Source of the DNA: Nitrososphaeria archaeon
GTDB taxonomy: Archaea; Thermoproteota; Nitrososphaeria; JACIWG01
DNA: 64,000 nt
Direction of reading: 5' to 3'
NCBI GenBank assembly: GCA_026413865.1
Contig: JAOAKB010000001.1
Location: forward strand, 2,584 to 66,583
Shown here: positions 19,509 to 29,001 of the stretch, one piece after another
Position numbering within the stretch: position 1 is the first letter of the stretch
Layout of the letters: each line of letters opens with the position of its first letter
Made by a program: the position numbers and the translations under genes
The notes under the pieces: model-generated
The model's database searches: none
What the model was told of the DNA's origin: nothing
What the model saw: the letters and a program-made list of their open reading frames with translations, nothing else

Positions 19509-19808
19509 CTATACTAGGTCGTCTCCTCCGAACCTTTTAATATCTTTACTGCGTAGTTTAATATTTAGTTTAAAGTCGTTTGGCGATGTCGTTTCACTGG
19601 TTAATCTTTTAACTGTTAGCCCACATTTGTTTCCAGAAATAAGTTTACCTCTTAAACAAGTTACGTAAGCACATGTTTGGGGATTACAGGGCTCGTTAAC
19701 AAAGTTACACCATGGCCTCCCTCCTTTAAAGGATAACATTTTACGGCCGCAGCGAAAGAACTCACATCTAGCTGTGCAAGGTTTGGCCGTGGAAATTTCA
19801 GCCATCAT
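19509..19808 (-). CDS. hypothetical Cys-rich (8-Cys) metal-binding protein
   Basis: 99 aa with the pattern C11-x3-C-x4-C-x13-C-x6-C-x4-C-x4-C-x10-C62, followed by a basic tail. No family recognised. Confidence 0.6.
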   Translation of the reverse strand: MMAEISTAKPCTARCEFFRCGRKMLSFKGGRPWCNFVNEPCNPQTCAYVTCLRGKLISGNKCGLTVKRLTSETTSPNDFKLNIKLRSKDIKRFGGDDLV

Positions 19809-19865
19809 TATTCACTACTGCCTAATAGTTTCTAAATAGACGGATTAAAAGTTTTCTAAAATTGG

Positions 19866-20405
19866 CTATCCTTTCCACCATTCGAACGCCAAATATTTTG
19901 GACAAACATCATCTGCTATTGCAATAATAAAACGTTTCCTTACAGTAGTTGCAAGCCGCCCTGAAAGGACAAGATATGTTGCTGACAACTTATCCTTATC
20001 TTTAACCACGCGTACAATATATGGTGCATGATCAATACCTGGACCCTTTTCATATACGGCAAAATCACATCCAAATTTTATTCCAGGTAATACGATATAG
20101 TTTTTTTCTCTAAGGTCTTTGTATACAGCATATTTTCTTCTAAAATCAACATAATCCTTTTCACATAACTTGAAAAGCATTTTATATGAAACTTCATTCC
20201 CATTTTTGTCCACTACCTTTAAAAAATTTTTTTCAACCAAATATAGCCCTTCAATAAGGTCAAGAATAAGTGGTGCTTGGAAATCAAAATTTTTAGGCTT
20301 ATGTATTCCCAGAGGTTTACCATAAAAGCCTAACCTGTAAAGCGCTCTAGACGCACTAATATCCCATACAACAATCCTATTACCTAAAATGTGTCCTTCA
20401 AACAT
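19866..20405 (-). CDS. endA: tRNA-splicing endonuclease, catalytic-type subunit
   Basis: 179 aa with the C-terminal catalytic domain blocks YAVYKDLREKNYIV, GIKFGCDFAVYEKGPGIDHAPYIV and a later basic block. Confidence 0.85.
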   Translation of the reverse strand: MFEGHILGNRIVVWDISASRALYRLGFYGKPLGIHKPKNFDFQAPLILDLIEGLYLVEKNFLKVVDKNGNEVSYKMLFKLCEKDYVDFRRKYAVYKDLREKNYIVLPGIKFGCDFAVYEKGPGIDHAPYIVRVVKDKDKLSATYLVLSGRLATTVRKRFIIAIADDVCPKYLAFEWWKG

Positions 20406-20414
20406 TCTAAGGCA

Positions 20415-21068
20415 CTATATACCTAAAGCAAGTATAGTTACAGCGTCGGTTGCTTTGAGACAAGCATCTGACAGAGCTTCTATTCTATCCAAGATGTCAA
20501 GTAAAAGAAATGCGCCCGTGCTATTTGAAATTAGTGGAGGCAAGCGCATACTTAATGTCCTATATTTTTCATCTATCTGCTTTTCTATATTTTCTACTTC
20601 TAAGGCAATTTCTGGAACCTTTTGAGGGTTTATTGTCAACATCCTTACAACATCACTCATCTTTTGCACAACATCTATTGACATTAAAATAAGTTCTTCA
20701 ATATCCTTTTCAACATTATATTTTTTAAAAATGTTTGAATCAACTTGACCCAACCTAAAGGTTATCGAATAAACATAATCAACTATATCTTCTATTGAAA
20801 AAGCACTCCTTAATACGTCTTCCCTATTAATAATCATATTACCCATGCTCATAAGTTCTTTAACCAAACTCCTCCTATACCTTTCAACTTCATCCTCAAT
20901 CCTTTTTGCTTCTTCAATATAATTTTTTACATTATCTTGGTTTCCATTCAAAAGTTCATCATATGCATTTAAAACAACTCTTACACCTTCAACAACTTTT
21001 CTAGCTTCATCAGTAAGCAGCGAAAGTGTCTTTCTCTTGGCTCTGAGCTCTGCTTCCCCTTCATACAT
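20415..21068 (-). CDS. DUF47/PhoU-like helical protein (putative phosphate-transport-regulator-like)
   Basis: 217-aa all-helical protein whose length and repeat layout resemble the TIGR00153/DUF47 family. This is a weak by-eye assignment. Confidence 0.55.
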   Translation of the reverse strand: MYEGEAELRAKRKTLSLLTDEARKVVEGVRVVLNAYDELLNGNQDNVKNYIEEAKRIEDEVERYRRSLVKELMSMGNMIINREDVLRSAFSIEDIVDYVYSITFRLGQVDSNIFKKYNVEKDIEELILMSIDVVQKMSDVVRMLTINPQKVPEIALEVENIEKQIDEKYRTLSMRLPPLISNSTGAFLLLDILDRIEALSDACLKATDAVTILALGI

Positions 21069-21146
21069 AATCGAGTCTACATATACTATAAAATTATAAT
21101 TTATAACTCTTTCATTTTACATATGAGAAGATACAAAATTTTATAT

Positions 21147-21839
21147 TCAATAATGTTTCAATATAATATTTTTGAAGTCTGCAGCAGCCCTTTTTGGCTC
21201 AGTATTTGATGTTATAGCTCTCCCAACAACAATAATTTTTGCACCAGCCTTAATCATCATATCAGCAGTGTCTAAAGTGATTCCACCAGCAGCCGAAACT
21301 ACGAGACCAGTATAATCAACAATCCTTTTAACCATTTCAACCCTTTCCTTAACATCCACGCCACTTTTCTCCTGGTCTATTGCAGTATGGGCACAAACCA
21401 TATTTACGCCAAGATTCTTTAATTCTATAGCTCGTTCAACCTGAAATTTTACCCCCAACAAGTCTGCCATTAGAAAAACATTCTTTTCTTTTGCCGCCCT
21501 AACAGCTTCCTTTACAACATCATCAGGAGCCAGTCCAGATATAGAAACTATATCCGCACCCGCAGACGCAGCCATTGATACTTCAATATGTCCTACATCT
21601 AAGGTCTTCATATCAGCTAGAATAATTTTATCAGGGAAAATATTTTTAAAAAACCTTACTATGGAAATGCCAGCAGACTTTATTAATGGCGTTCCAGCTT
21701 CAATAATGTCAATATAATCTCTAGTATCTAAAGCCAACTTTAACGCCCTTTCAGCTTCAAGGAGGTCTAGAGCGAGTTGAAGCTTTGGAAGCTTAAATTT
21801 TTCTACTAAATTCATTGACAAAACTATCTTTTTTGTCAA
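21147..21839 (-). CDS. 3-hexulose-6-phosphate synthase (OMP decarboxylase-like TIM barrel; KGPDC is an alternative)
   Basis: 230 aa with LQLALDLL, IIEAGTPLIKSAG, ILADMKTLDVGHIE and a C-terminal GGI...VVGRAIT phosphate-binding block. Confidence 0.75.
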   Translation of the reverse strand: MTKKIVLSMNLVEKFKLPKLQLALDLLEAERALKLALDTRDYIDIIEAGTPLIKSAGISIVRFFKNIFPDKIILADMKTLDVGHIEVSMAASAGADIVSISGLAPDDVVKEAVRAAKEKNVFLMADLLGVKFQVERAIELKNLGVNMVCAHTAIDQEKSGVDVKERVEMVKRIVDYTGLVVSAAGGITLDTADMMIKAGAKIIVVGRAITSNTEPKRAAADFKNIILKHY

Positions 21840-21857
21840 ATAAAAATTTTTGCCAAT

Positions 21858-23648
21858 TCAACTAATTTTATCAACATCCACCTCTTCAGCCACAATTTTT
21901 GTAAGCTTCCTCTTATAAAGTTCAATTACCTCATCAACTGTTGTAGCATCTTCTGGACCCTTATCATCTCTAATTCGTCCAGTAAACTTTGGGAAACGTA
22001 ATGCGAGACCCGTATTCTTTTTTATCAATCCATATCCTGCAGTATGTATTGGGCTCAATGTAATTTCTGAAGCTATAACCTCAATTACTATATATGGAAC
22101 AAACCATACATCAGGCTCTATCCTCGAATCAACCCTACTATGTTTATGCGATATCTTATAGGGTTCAAGAAGCTTTTGAAACATATCAAAATCATCGTCC
22201 TTGAACCCTGTTCCAACCTTGCTTATCGATTCAAACATATCCTTCTCCTTATCATATGCCGCTAATAGGAAAGCTCCATATTTTCCAGTCCTACGCCCTT
22301 TACCATAAAAAGCGCCAACAACCACAAGATCCAGCGTATCAGCTAACTCGCTTCTATATTCCCTCTTTAACTTTATCCAGCTGAATTCTCTTGCACCAGC
22401 CCTATAAACACTATTAACATCCTTTACAACAACACCTTCACAACCTTCAGAAATCGCCTGGTTCATGAAAGCTTCAATTTCCTCAGGATTCCTTGTAATA
22501 ATGTTTGGAACAATTTTTGCATAAAGATTTTCTCTAACATATTTTGTAAGCATACTCCTTCTGTAGTGATATGGTTGATCTGTTAAGTCTACATCTTCAA
22601 CCATGAGAATGTCAAATAGATAGACCATTGCAGGAATTTCTTCCATAACCTTTTCAACATCATACTTCCGCCTTCTATGCATAAGATCTTGAAAAGGTAA
22701 AAGTTCACCGGAATCAGGGTTATAGGCTACAATTTCACCTTCAACAATACACCTTTCTACAATAAGGGATTCTTTAGAAATTCTAACAACATCAGGATAA
22801 TGATGAGTTATATTCTCGAGTCTTCTCGAAAAAAGCATTATATTATTGCCATTTTTATGAATTTGAACCCTTTCACCATCCAATTTATATTCAACAGAAA
22901 CCTCATTTTCAATTTTATCAAAAACTTCTTTAGCTGTAGTAAGCCTTTCAGCCAACATAGGCCTGATAGGTCTACCAACATGGGGACCAAACTTTTTTAA
23001 TTCATCAAAACCTTTATCGACCAAAACCTTAGCAACAAGGCCAAGATCACTAGAAAGATTATAAGCCCTTTCAATTATATCCCTATTCTCCTTTCCTCCA
23101 ATAAAGGCTTCAGCTAAGCCATCTAATATTGTGTAGTCGGCAACACCAAGCCGCAATGTGCCAACAACAAGTCTAACAATGAACTTAGCTTCTAAAGGAC
23201 TACTTTGATTCAAAAGACCAGCAAGAATTCTAAGCTTTGTTTCTTGAGCACCAGAGCCAGAGGCTCTAGCAGCCCTATCCAGAGCACTATAAACCTTTTC
23301 AACTGTCAGCGGCTCACTAAAAAGAGTCAGCTGAGCCTTTTTCATTAAAAGTTGTTCTGCAGCAGAACCTAAATCACCTAACTTAGAAGCAAGTTCTTCA
23401 ACCTTTTCAACACTTATACCAGAAACACTTGATATTGCACGTGCAGCAAGCTTTTCTGCAACACCAATCTCCAAACCAACATAATCTGGATGGATTTTGC
23501 CTTGAATCATGTAAACAATTTTATCGATCAAATTTTTGTCAGTTTTCCTAAAAAGGTCAGCTAAGATACCAATCATCTCTAACCTCTTAGTTGTCTCAGA
23601 AAGCTTAGCTAAGGCTTCAGCAAAAGCACTAAACAGCATACTAGTCAA
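21858..23648 (-). CDS. lig: ATP-dependent DNA ligase
   Basis: 596 aa with the adenylation motif I EYKLDGERVQIH and motifs EGVVVK and WIKLKREY, plus an N-terminal DNA-binding domain. Confidence 0.95.
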   Translation of the reverse strand: MTSMLFSAFAEALAKLSETTKRLEMIGILADLFRKTDKNLIDKIVYMIQGKIHPDYVGLEIGVAEKLAARAISSVSGISVEKVEELASKLGDLGSAAEQLLMKKAQLTLFSEPLTVEKVYSALDRAARASGSGAQETKLRILAGLLNQSSPLEAKFIVRLVVGTLRLGVADYTILDGLAEAFIGGKENRDIIERAYNLSSDLGLVAKVLVDKGFDELKKFGPHVGRPIRPMLAERLTTAKEVFDKIENEVSVEYKLDGERVQIHKNGNNIMLFSRRLENITHHYPDVVRISKESLIVERCIVEGEIVAYNPDSGELLPFQDLMHRRRKYDVEKVMEEIPAMVYLFDILMVEDVDLTDQPYHYRRSMLTKYVRENLYAKIVPNIITRNPEEIEAFMNQAISEGCEGVVVKDVNSVYRAGAREFSWIKLKREYRSELADTLDLVVVGAFYGKGRRTGKYGAFLLAAYDKEKDMFESISKVGTGFKDDDFDMFQKLLEPYKISHKHSRVDSRIEPDVWFVPYIVIEVIASEITLSPIHTAGYGLIKKNTGLALRFPKFTGRIRDDKGPEDATTVDEVIELYKRKLTKIVAEEVDVDKIS

Positions 23649-23762
23649 GAGATTTTAGTATAATGTCCTAATTAACCTTTTTTCCCAAAGTTCAACATAT
23701 AGTAGTCTATAACAGAAAACTTAATTTATATCCGCACAAAATCCACTTTGGATGAGTAGAAT

Positions 23763-24092
23763 ATGGGTGGTGTAAAAAAGAGGTCTGTAACAGCACAGGA
23801 GAAGGCTCAAGCAAGACAGGAGGCTGAAGAGGCAGCTAAAGCTAAACAGAAGAAGACTGCGCAAGCTAAACCAAAGAGTGAAGAGTTCAAGCCGAAAATT
23901 GTTGATGAAGGAAGTGCGATTAATCAAATTAAGAATATGAAGGCTTTAACATTATATTCTGTTGCAAGAGCATTAAATGTTCCAGCATCAATAGCAAACC
24001 AGTTTTTAAAATCTCTTGAATCAAAGGGAATAATTGCTAAGGCAGGCGGGTTCAGCGGCCACCACATTTACAAGTTTACTGCTAAAGAATAG
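23763..24092 (+). CDS. rps25e: 30S ribosomal protein eS25
   Basis: 109 aa with a K/A/E-rich N-terminal tail followed by a winged-helix part (LTLYSVARALNVPASIANQFLKSLESKGII). Confidence 0.85.
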   Translation: MGGVKKRSVTAQEKAQARQEAEEAAKAKQKKTAQAKPKSEEFKPKIVDEGSAINQIKNMKALTLYSVARALNVPASIANQFLKSLESKGIIAKAGGFSGHHIYKFTAKE

Positions 24093-24476
24093 CTACTCTA
24101 TTTTCTCAATCCTTATACTTTCAGCATATTTTATTGAATCCAGAAGCTCTATACCATTCTCTACTTCGCCAATAATATTGTAGGTTCTAGATGGTATAGT
24201 ATCATGAAGAAAAATTATTATGGCACCATCTTGTGGACTGTATACAACATCACCTCTTTTATACTTGTCTCTTGTCTTTTCCTTTCCAACTATAATATTA
24301 AATGGCATAACTATAGTATTCCTTTGTCTAATTGCATGAGTTTCATAAGGCATCTTCTTACTTAAATGCAGTAATGTTAAGGGAGACAAATGTTTATACA
24401 AGTTTAAAATAACATCCCCTTTTCTAACAATCTGTAATCTAAACCTCTGCCTTGAAACACTTTGATTAACCGACAA
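24093..24476 (-). CDS. cyclophilin-like fold protein (Cyclophil_like family), function unknown
   Basis: 127 aa. The pattern RGDVVYSPQDGAIIIFL...IIGEVENGIELLDSIKYAESIRIEKI matches the small archaeal/bacterial cyclophilin-like family by eye. Confidence 0.6.
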   Translation of the reverse strand: MSVNQSVSRQRFRLQIVRKGDVILNLYKHLSPLTLLHLSKKMPYETHAIRQRNTIVMPFNIIVGKEKTRDKYKRGDVVYSPQDGAIIIFLHDTIPSRTYNIIGEVENGIELLDSIKYAESIRIEKIE

Positions 24477-24638
24477 CTTTGATACAGAAAACTATTAGGG
24501 GGCCATCTTTATTAATCTTTTTAACTTCTTTCTCCTTAAAACTAGTCCATAATTTAAAGAATATAATAAAATGGTACCGAAAATTTCAAAAAGGGGCAAG
24601 TTAAAGGGTTCTATGTTAAGAATGGTGAATAATTTATA

Positions 24639-24908
24639 ATGAACGAAAAAAAATTGCAAAAAGCTCAAACTGATTTCCAAATTCTTATTGGCCCACCTAA
24701 GCTTACAAAATATGAGCGTGCAAGAATAATTGGAGCGCGTGCATTACAACTTTCATACGGTGCACCACCATTTATACCAATAAAGGGGACAGAAAGTGTT
24801 ACAGAAATTGCAAAAAAAGAGTTAGATATGAAAGCTTTACCAATTTCAATACGAAGACAGTTACCCGATGGAACATATCAAGATATACCCATCCATTATC
24901 TTCTTTAA
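24639..24908 (+). CDS. rpoK: DNA-directed RNA polymerase subunit K (Rpo6/RPB6 homologue)
   Basis: 89 aa with the hallmark LTKYERARIIGARALQLSYGAPPFI. Confidence 0.9.
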   Translation: MNEKKLQKAQTDFQILIGPPKLTKYERARIIGARALQLSYGAPPFIPIKGTESVTEIAKKELDMKALPISIRRQLPDGTYQDIPIHYLL

Positions 24909-24959
24909 AATTCAAAAAAGTTATTAATAAGAATTATATGCCTTTGTATACGAGAAAGT

Positions 24960-25316
24960 ATGTCTAAGGCAAACAAAAAAACCGAAGAAGAAAGTGTTGA
25001 AACAACAAAAGAAGCAGCCCCTTCAGCTCCACAAAAGAAGTCTGAACCTAACGTCATTTACATTGGCAAAAAAGGTGTTATGGCCTATGTACTTTCTGCA
25101 GTACTACAGCTGTCTCAATCATCCTTCGTGGTTCTTAAGTCAAGAGGAAGAGCAATTAGCAAGGCAGTTGATGTTTCACAAGTGCTCATAAATAGATTCG
25201 GAGATGGTAAATACTTTGTCAAAGAAGTTAACCTAGGAACAGAGACTCTACAGGCACCAGACGGGACTTCAAGAAACGTTTCAACTATCGACATTGTAGT
25301 CTCAAAGAAAGCGTAA
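24960..25316 (+). CDS. albA: DNA/RNA-binding protein Alba with a roughly 30-aa charged N-terminal extension
   Basis: 118 aa with the Alba core NVIYIGKKGVMAYVLSAVLQL...VLKSRGRAISKAVDVSQVLINRF...TIDIVVSKK. There is no alternative in-frame start closer to the core. Confidence 0.88.
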   Translation: MSKANKKTEEESVETTKEAAPSAPQKKSEPNVIYIGKKGVMAYVLSAVLQLSQSSFVVLKSRGRAISKAVDVSQVLINRFGDGKYFVKEVNLGTETLQAPDGTSRNVSTIDIVVSKKA

Positions 25317-25330
25317 ACTCACATTATATG

Positions 25331-25369
25331 AGGCGCTAATTAAAAAGGGGCGTCCTGTTTTCTTTTTTT
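25331..25369 (+). terminator. GC-rich imperfect hairpin plus oligo-T tract downstream of albA
   Basis: AGGCGC...GCGTCCT forms a stem with one bulge, immediately followed by GTTTTCTTTTTTT. Oligo-T tracts are the known archaeal termination signal. Confidence 0.4.
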
Positions 25370-25426
25370 AATTTTTTAATTTTTTGAATAAAATTTTTAT
25401 ATACATTAAATAGTAATTATGATAGC

Positions 25427-26518
25427 ATGAATAATTTAGATGAAGTTGAAAAACTTTTATCTAATGAACTTATACAGAAGTTTAATGCAATAAATATTTT
25501 AAACGATTACAGAAAATGGTATGAGCTTGCAAAAGAAGTTTTTGAAAAAGAAATTCATGTGATAAAAGGAAGAGAGTTTAGAAAGATAATTTTATGCGGA
25601 ATGGGAGGTTCAGCAGCAGCCTGTGATGCTATAAGAGACTGCTTCAAAGAATTAGATATTGTTATTGTAAAAGATTATCATCTACCTTCATGGGTTCAAA
25701 AAAATGATTTAGTTATTGCTGTATCATATTCTGGAAACACAGAAGAAACTTTAAGCTGCTATATTGAAGCCTATAAAAAAGGTTTGCCTCTAGTAACAGT
25801 TTCATCTGGAGGACTTCTTGAGAAAGTGGCAAAAAGAAATAATGTACCACATAATAGTGTGTTAGCAGGTCTTGCACCAAGAGCTGCATTCCCACAGCTT
25901 TTTTACACTTTAGTCAACATTTTTTACAAGATCGATGCTATAGAAAAGAAGGCATTCTATGAGGCAAGAAATTCTATAAACCAGTTTTCTAACTATTCTA
26001 AAAAAATTTTCCCAGAAACTGACATAAGAGAAAATGTTTCAAAACAGATTGCAGCATTCATTTACAAGAGTTTTCCAACAATTTATGGAAGTAATGAAAT
26101 AAAATGTGTTGTAGAAAGATTTGAGAGAATGGTTAGCGAGAATGGAAAATGGCATGCCATGTCAGATACAATCCCAGAACTATGTCACAACGAAATTGTA
26201 TCATATGAATTATATTGTCCACAGACAAAGATTATAATGCTGAGAACAAAAAGTGAATCCAAAGAAATTTTTAAAAGATTCGAGATAGTTAAAGATATTA
26301 TAAGGAGCTCAGGACACGAGTTAATGGAGCTAAAACCAGAATGTGATAAAATAATAGAGGCTATTGTTGCATACTTCTATTTCCTTGACGTTTCAACAAT
26401 ATATTTGGCGGTAATGAATAGAGTGGATCCATCTAAAACAGCAAGTATAGAATATCTTAAAAGAAGGTTAGGAGAAGAATTAAATTATACTAAAATTCTT
26501 GGACTAGAATCTGAATAA
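25427..26518 (+). CDS. bifunctional phosphoglucose/phosphomannose isomerase (SIS domain, archaeal PGI/PMI type)
   Basis: 363 aa with SIS blocks CGMGGSAAACD and VSYSGNTEETL, and a layout like the crenarchaeal PGI/PMI family. Confidence 0.75.
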   Translation: MNNLDEVEKLLSNELIQKFNAINILNDYRKWYELAKEVFEKEIHVIKGREFRKIILCGMGGSAAACDAIRDCFKELDIVIVKDYHLPSWVQKNDLVIAVSYSGNTEETLSCYIEAYKKGLPLVTVSSGGLLEKVAKRNNVPHNSVLAGLAPRAAFPQLFYTLVNIFYKIDAIEKKAFYEARNSINQFSNYSKKIFPETDIRENVSKQIAAFIYKSFPTIYGSNEIKCVVERFERMVSENGKWHAMSDTIPELCHNEIVSYELYCPQTKIIMLRTKSESKEIFKRFEIVKDIIRSSGHELMELKPECDKIIEAIVAYFYFLDVSTIYLAVMNRVDPSKTASIEYLKRRLGEELNYTKILGLESE

Positions 26519-26550
26519 AATTTTTATGAAGATAGTTAAGAGGGAGAATT

Positions 26551-27720
26551 TTGCGTATACTAATGCTTTCTTGGGAATATCCACCAAACATAATTGGAGG
26601 AATAGCAAGACATGTGGATGAACTATCAAAATTTTTAGCAAAGAAGAATGTTGAGGTAACAATTATTACTCCAGAAGTTTCTGGAGCACCATTATATGAA
26701 GTGAAAGATAATATAAGAATTTTTAGAGTTCCTATACAGATTCCGGCACCAAATTTTTACACTTGGATATTTATTCTAAACCATTTTTTTAGCAAAAAAA
26801 TAGCCCAATTAACAAGGGAGGATAAAACTTTTGACATAATACATGCACATGATTGGATGACAGTACCATGCTCAAGTGAAGCTAAACTTTATACAGGATC
26901 AAACTTTATATTAACATTCCATAGTCTAGAATTTAAAAGAAGTCAAGGTTCACAGACTCTTGAGTCAAGGATGATAGAAAGTATAGAATGGTGGGGCTCC
27001 TATGATGCACAAAAGATTATAGTATGTAGCGATTCTATGAAAAAAGATGTTATTGGGAGATTTAATGTTCCAGAAGAGAAATTGGTTATTATACCAAATG
27101 GTATAGACACTACAAGGTTAAACATAACAGTAAACACTTCTGAAACAAGAAGAAAATATAATGTTTTTTGGAAAGAGACTATGATATTATTTGTTGGAAG
27201 ACTTACACCCCAAAAAGGTTGCGAATACCTAATCAGAGCAATGCCACATATCTTAGGAAAATATAATGCAAAACTTGTTATAGTTGGCGATGGACCTTCA
27301 AGAGGATTTCTGGAGTCGGAAGTTAATAGATTAGGTCTATCGGATAGAGTAATTTTTACAGGATTCTTACCCGATGATGAAATGATAAAACTTTTAAAGA
27401 GCACTGATGTTCTTGTTGTTCCATCAATTTATGAACCATTCGGTATAGTCGCATTAGAAGGTATGGCTGCAGGAGTTCCTGTTATAGCCTCAGATGTTGA
27501 TGGACTTTCTGAAATTATCGAGCATGGAGTTAATGGAATAAAAGTTTTCCCCAGGGACCCTTATTCAATATACTGGGGCATTGATACAATATTATCAAAT
27601 CCATCTCTAGCAGAATCTATTAAAAGGAAGGCTAGAGAAAGTATAAATAAAAGATTCAGTTGGGAAGCTATAGCAGAGAAAACTATTGAAGTATACAAAA
27701 AAGTTTGTGATAAGATTTGA
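26551..27720 (+). CDS. glycogen-synthase-like glycosyltransferase (GT-B, GT4/GT5)
   Basis: 389 aa. The N-terminus MRILMLSWEYPPNIIGGIARHV is like archaeal glycogen synthases. It has the C-terminal E-x7-E block (YEPFGIVALEGMAAG). TTG start. Confidence 0.85.
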   Translation: MRILMLSWEYPPNIIGGIARHVDELSKFLAKKNVEVTIITPEVSGAPLYEVKDNIRIFRVPIQIPAPNFYTWIFILNHFFSKKIAQLTREDKTFDIIHAHDWMTVPCSSEAKLYTGSNFILTFHSLEFKRSQGSQTLESRMIESIEWWGSYDAQKIIVCSDSMKKDVIGRFNVPEEKLVIIPNGIDTTRLNITVNTSETRRKYNVFWKETMILFVGRLTPQKGCEYLIRAMPHILGKYNAKLVIVGDGPSRGFLESEVNRLGLSDRVIFTGFLPDDEMIKLLKSTDVLVVPSIYEPFGIVALEGMAAGVPVIASDVDGLSEIIEHGVNGIKVFPRDPYSIYWGIDTILSNPSLAESIKRKARESINKRFSWEAIAEKTIEVYKKVCDKI

Positions 27721-27941
27721 ATATAAAATATCGAATTATTATAATACTAAGATATGCAAACGCATTAGATTATGAAAGAGGACTACTTTTGAATGAGATT
27801 GAAAGATATATTGGAAAAAGTGGAGAGCTTGTTAAAGAGGCTGTTAAAGAACTTGAAAACGAAGAAAAGATATACTTTGACGGCGAAAAAGTTTGGCTTT
27901 CATACAAGGGTTTTCTTTTATCACAAAAAAATTATAGTTAA
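27717..27941 (+). CDS. hypothetical small protein, possible winged-helix
   Basis: 74-aa ORF whose TTG start overlaps the GT stop (TTGA). The segment LLLNEIERYIGKSGELVKEAVKELENEEKIYFDG looks like an HTH plus wing. This is weak. Confidence 0.45.
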   Translation: MNIKYRIIIILRYANALDYERGLLLNEIERYIGKSGELVKEAVKELENEEKIYFDGEKVWLSYKGFLLSQKNYS

Positions 27942-27942
27942 C

Positions 27943-29001
27943 TTATTCTATACCATGCAGTTTAGCATACTCTTTTCTTGCAGCCATAGCTAAAACACTA
28001 CACGCCTGCTCAGGAGGAACAGGGTTCACGTATATACCTGAACCAAGTTCAAGACCAGCATATGTGGTTAATCTTGGATATACTTCAATGTGCCAGTGAA
28101 GTAACTTAGTAGTCTTCTTTTCTGGAGAAATATGAAAGACCATATTAAATGGAATGTTACCTAATACTGAACCCAGTGCACCAAACATGACTTTAAGCAT
28201 TGTAGCAAGATCTTCAATTCTATCAGCATTTATTTCAGAAAATTTTGTTTCATGCTTAATGGGATATATCCAGAATTCGTATGGGTTAACTGAAGCCCAG
28301 GGAGCAATTGACATAAAATTTTTTGTTGAAAATATGTGTCTCGGACCTCCAGTTTCAACTCTAATTATGCTGCAATGTACACATTTTTCAAACGATGGAT
28401 GATTTTTGTATGCCATTATTTCATTTGAAATTATTGGTGGAATATTTTGTGTTGTAACTATTTGGGCATGAGGATGCTTTATTGAAGCACCGGCAGTCCT
28501 ACCATTATTAATAAATATTGAAACATAACCTACACCCTTAACCTTATTACCGTACAAGAACTGTGTAACGTCTCTTAACACTTCAATAAACGTCACCCAC
28601 CTTTCCTTAGAAAAAGTGATAAACTTGTCATCATGATTTGGTGTTGGAACTACAACATAATGGTATCCATATGCAGGCTCACTTTCAGTAGGATAATTTG
28701 TATGTTCAGCATTTGGTTCAAGAGACATTATTGGATACTTGTTGGGAAAAACTCTTACAGTCCAATTTTTAACCCTCTCTTCTTCATTATCCTGCTTCTT
28801 AATAAAAATGTTATTTTCGAGTACAAGAGTGTATATTGAGGGTGGAGTAAGATGCTCATTACCTGGACAAAAGTAACAGATACCCTCTTTAGTGTCCTCA
28901 TCGATCTTTTCAAAATCTGATGGCCTTTTTGCTCTAGCAGGTTCTATAACAACCCATCTATCAAGAAAATAGTCCTTCCTTAACTCACCCAAACAATTCA
29001 C
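27943..29001 (-). CDS. GalT-type (HIT superfamily) hexose-1-phosphate nucleotidyltransferase / NDP-glucose phosphorylase-like
   Basis: 352 aa with an N-terminal zinc motif (CYFCPGNEHLTPP), VFPNKYP and the active-site block KHPHAQIV (HxHxQ). Confidence 0.85.
   Translation of the reverse strand: MNCLGELRKDYFLDRWVVIEPARAKRPSDFEKIDEDTKEGICYFCPGNEHLTPPSIYTLVLENNIFIKKQDNEEERVKNWTVRVFPNKYPIMSLEPNAEHTNYPTESEPAYGYHYVVVPTPNHDDKFITFSKERWVTFIEVLRDVTQFLYGNKVKGVGYVSIFINNGRTAGASIKHPHAQIVTTQNIPPIISNEIMAYKNHPSFEKCVHCSIIRVETGGPRHIFSTKNFMSIAPWASVNPYEFWIYPIKHETKFSEINADRIEDLATMLKVMFGALGSVLGNIPFNMVFHISPEKKTTKLLHWHIEVYPRLTTYAGLELGSGIYVNPVPPEQACSVLAMAARKEYAKLHGIE

Noticed and set aside
24495-24680. 61-aa minus-strand hydrophobic ORF in the gap before rpoK.
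   Set aside because: It overlaps the rpoK start by 42 nt, occupies what should be the rpoK promoter, and shows no family resemblance. A micro-membrane protein cannot be strictly excluded.
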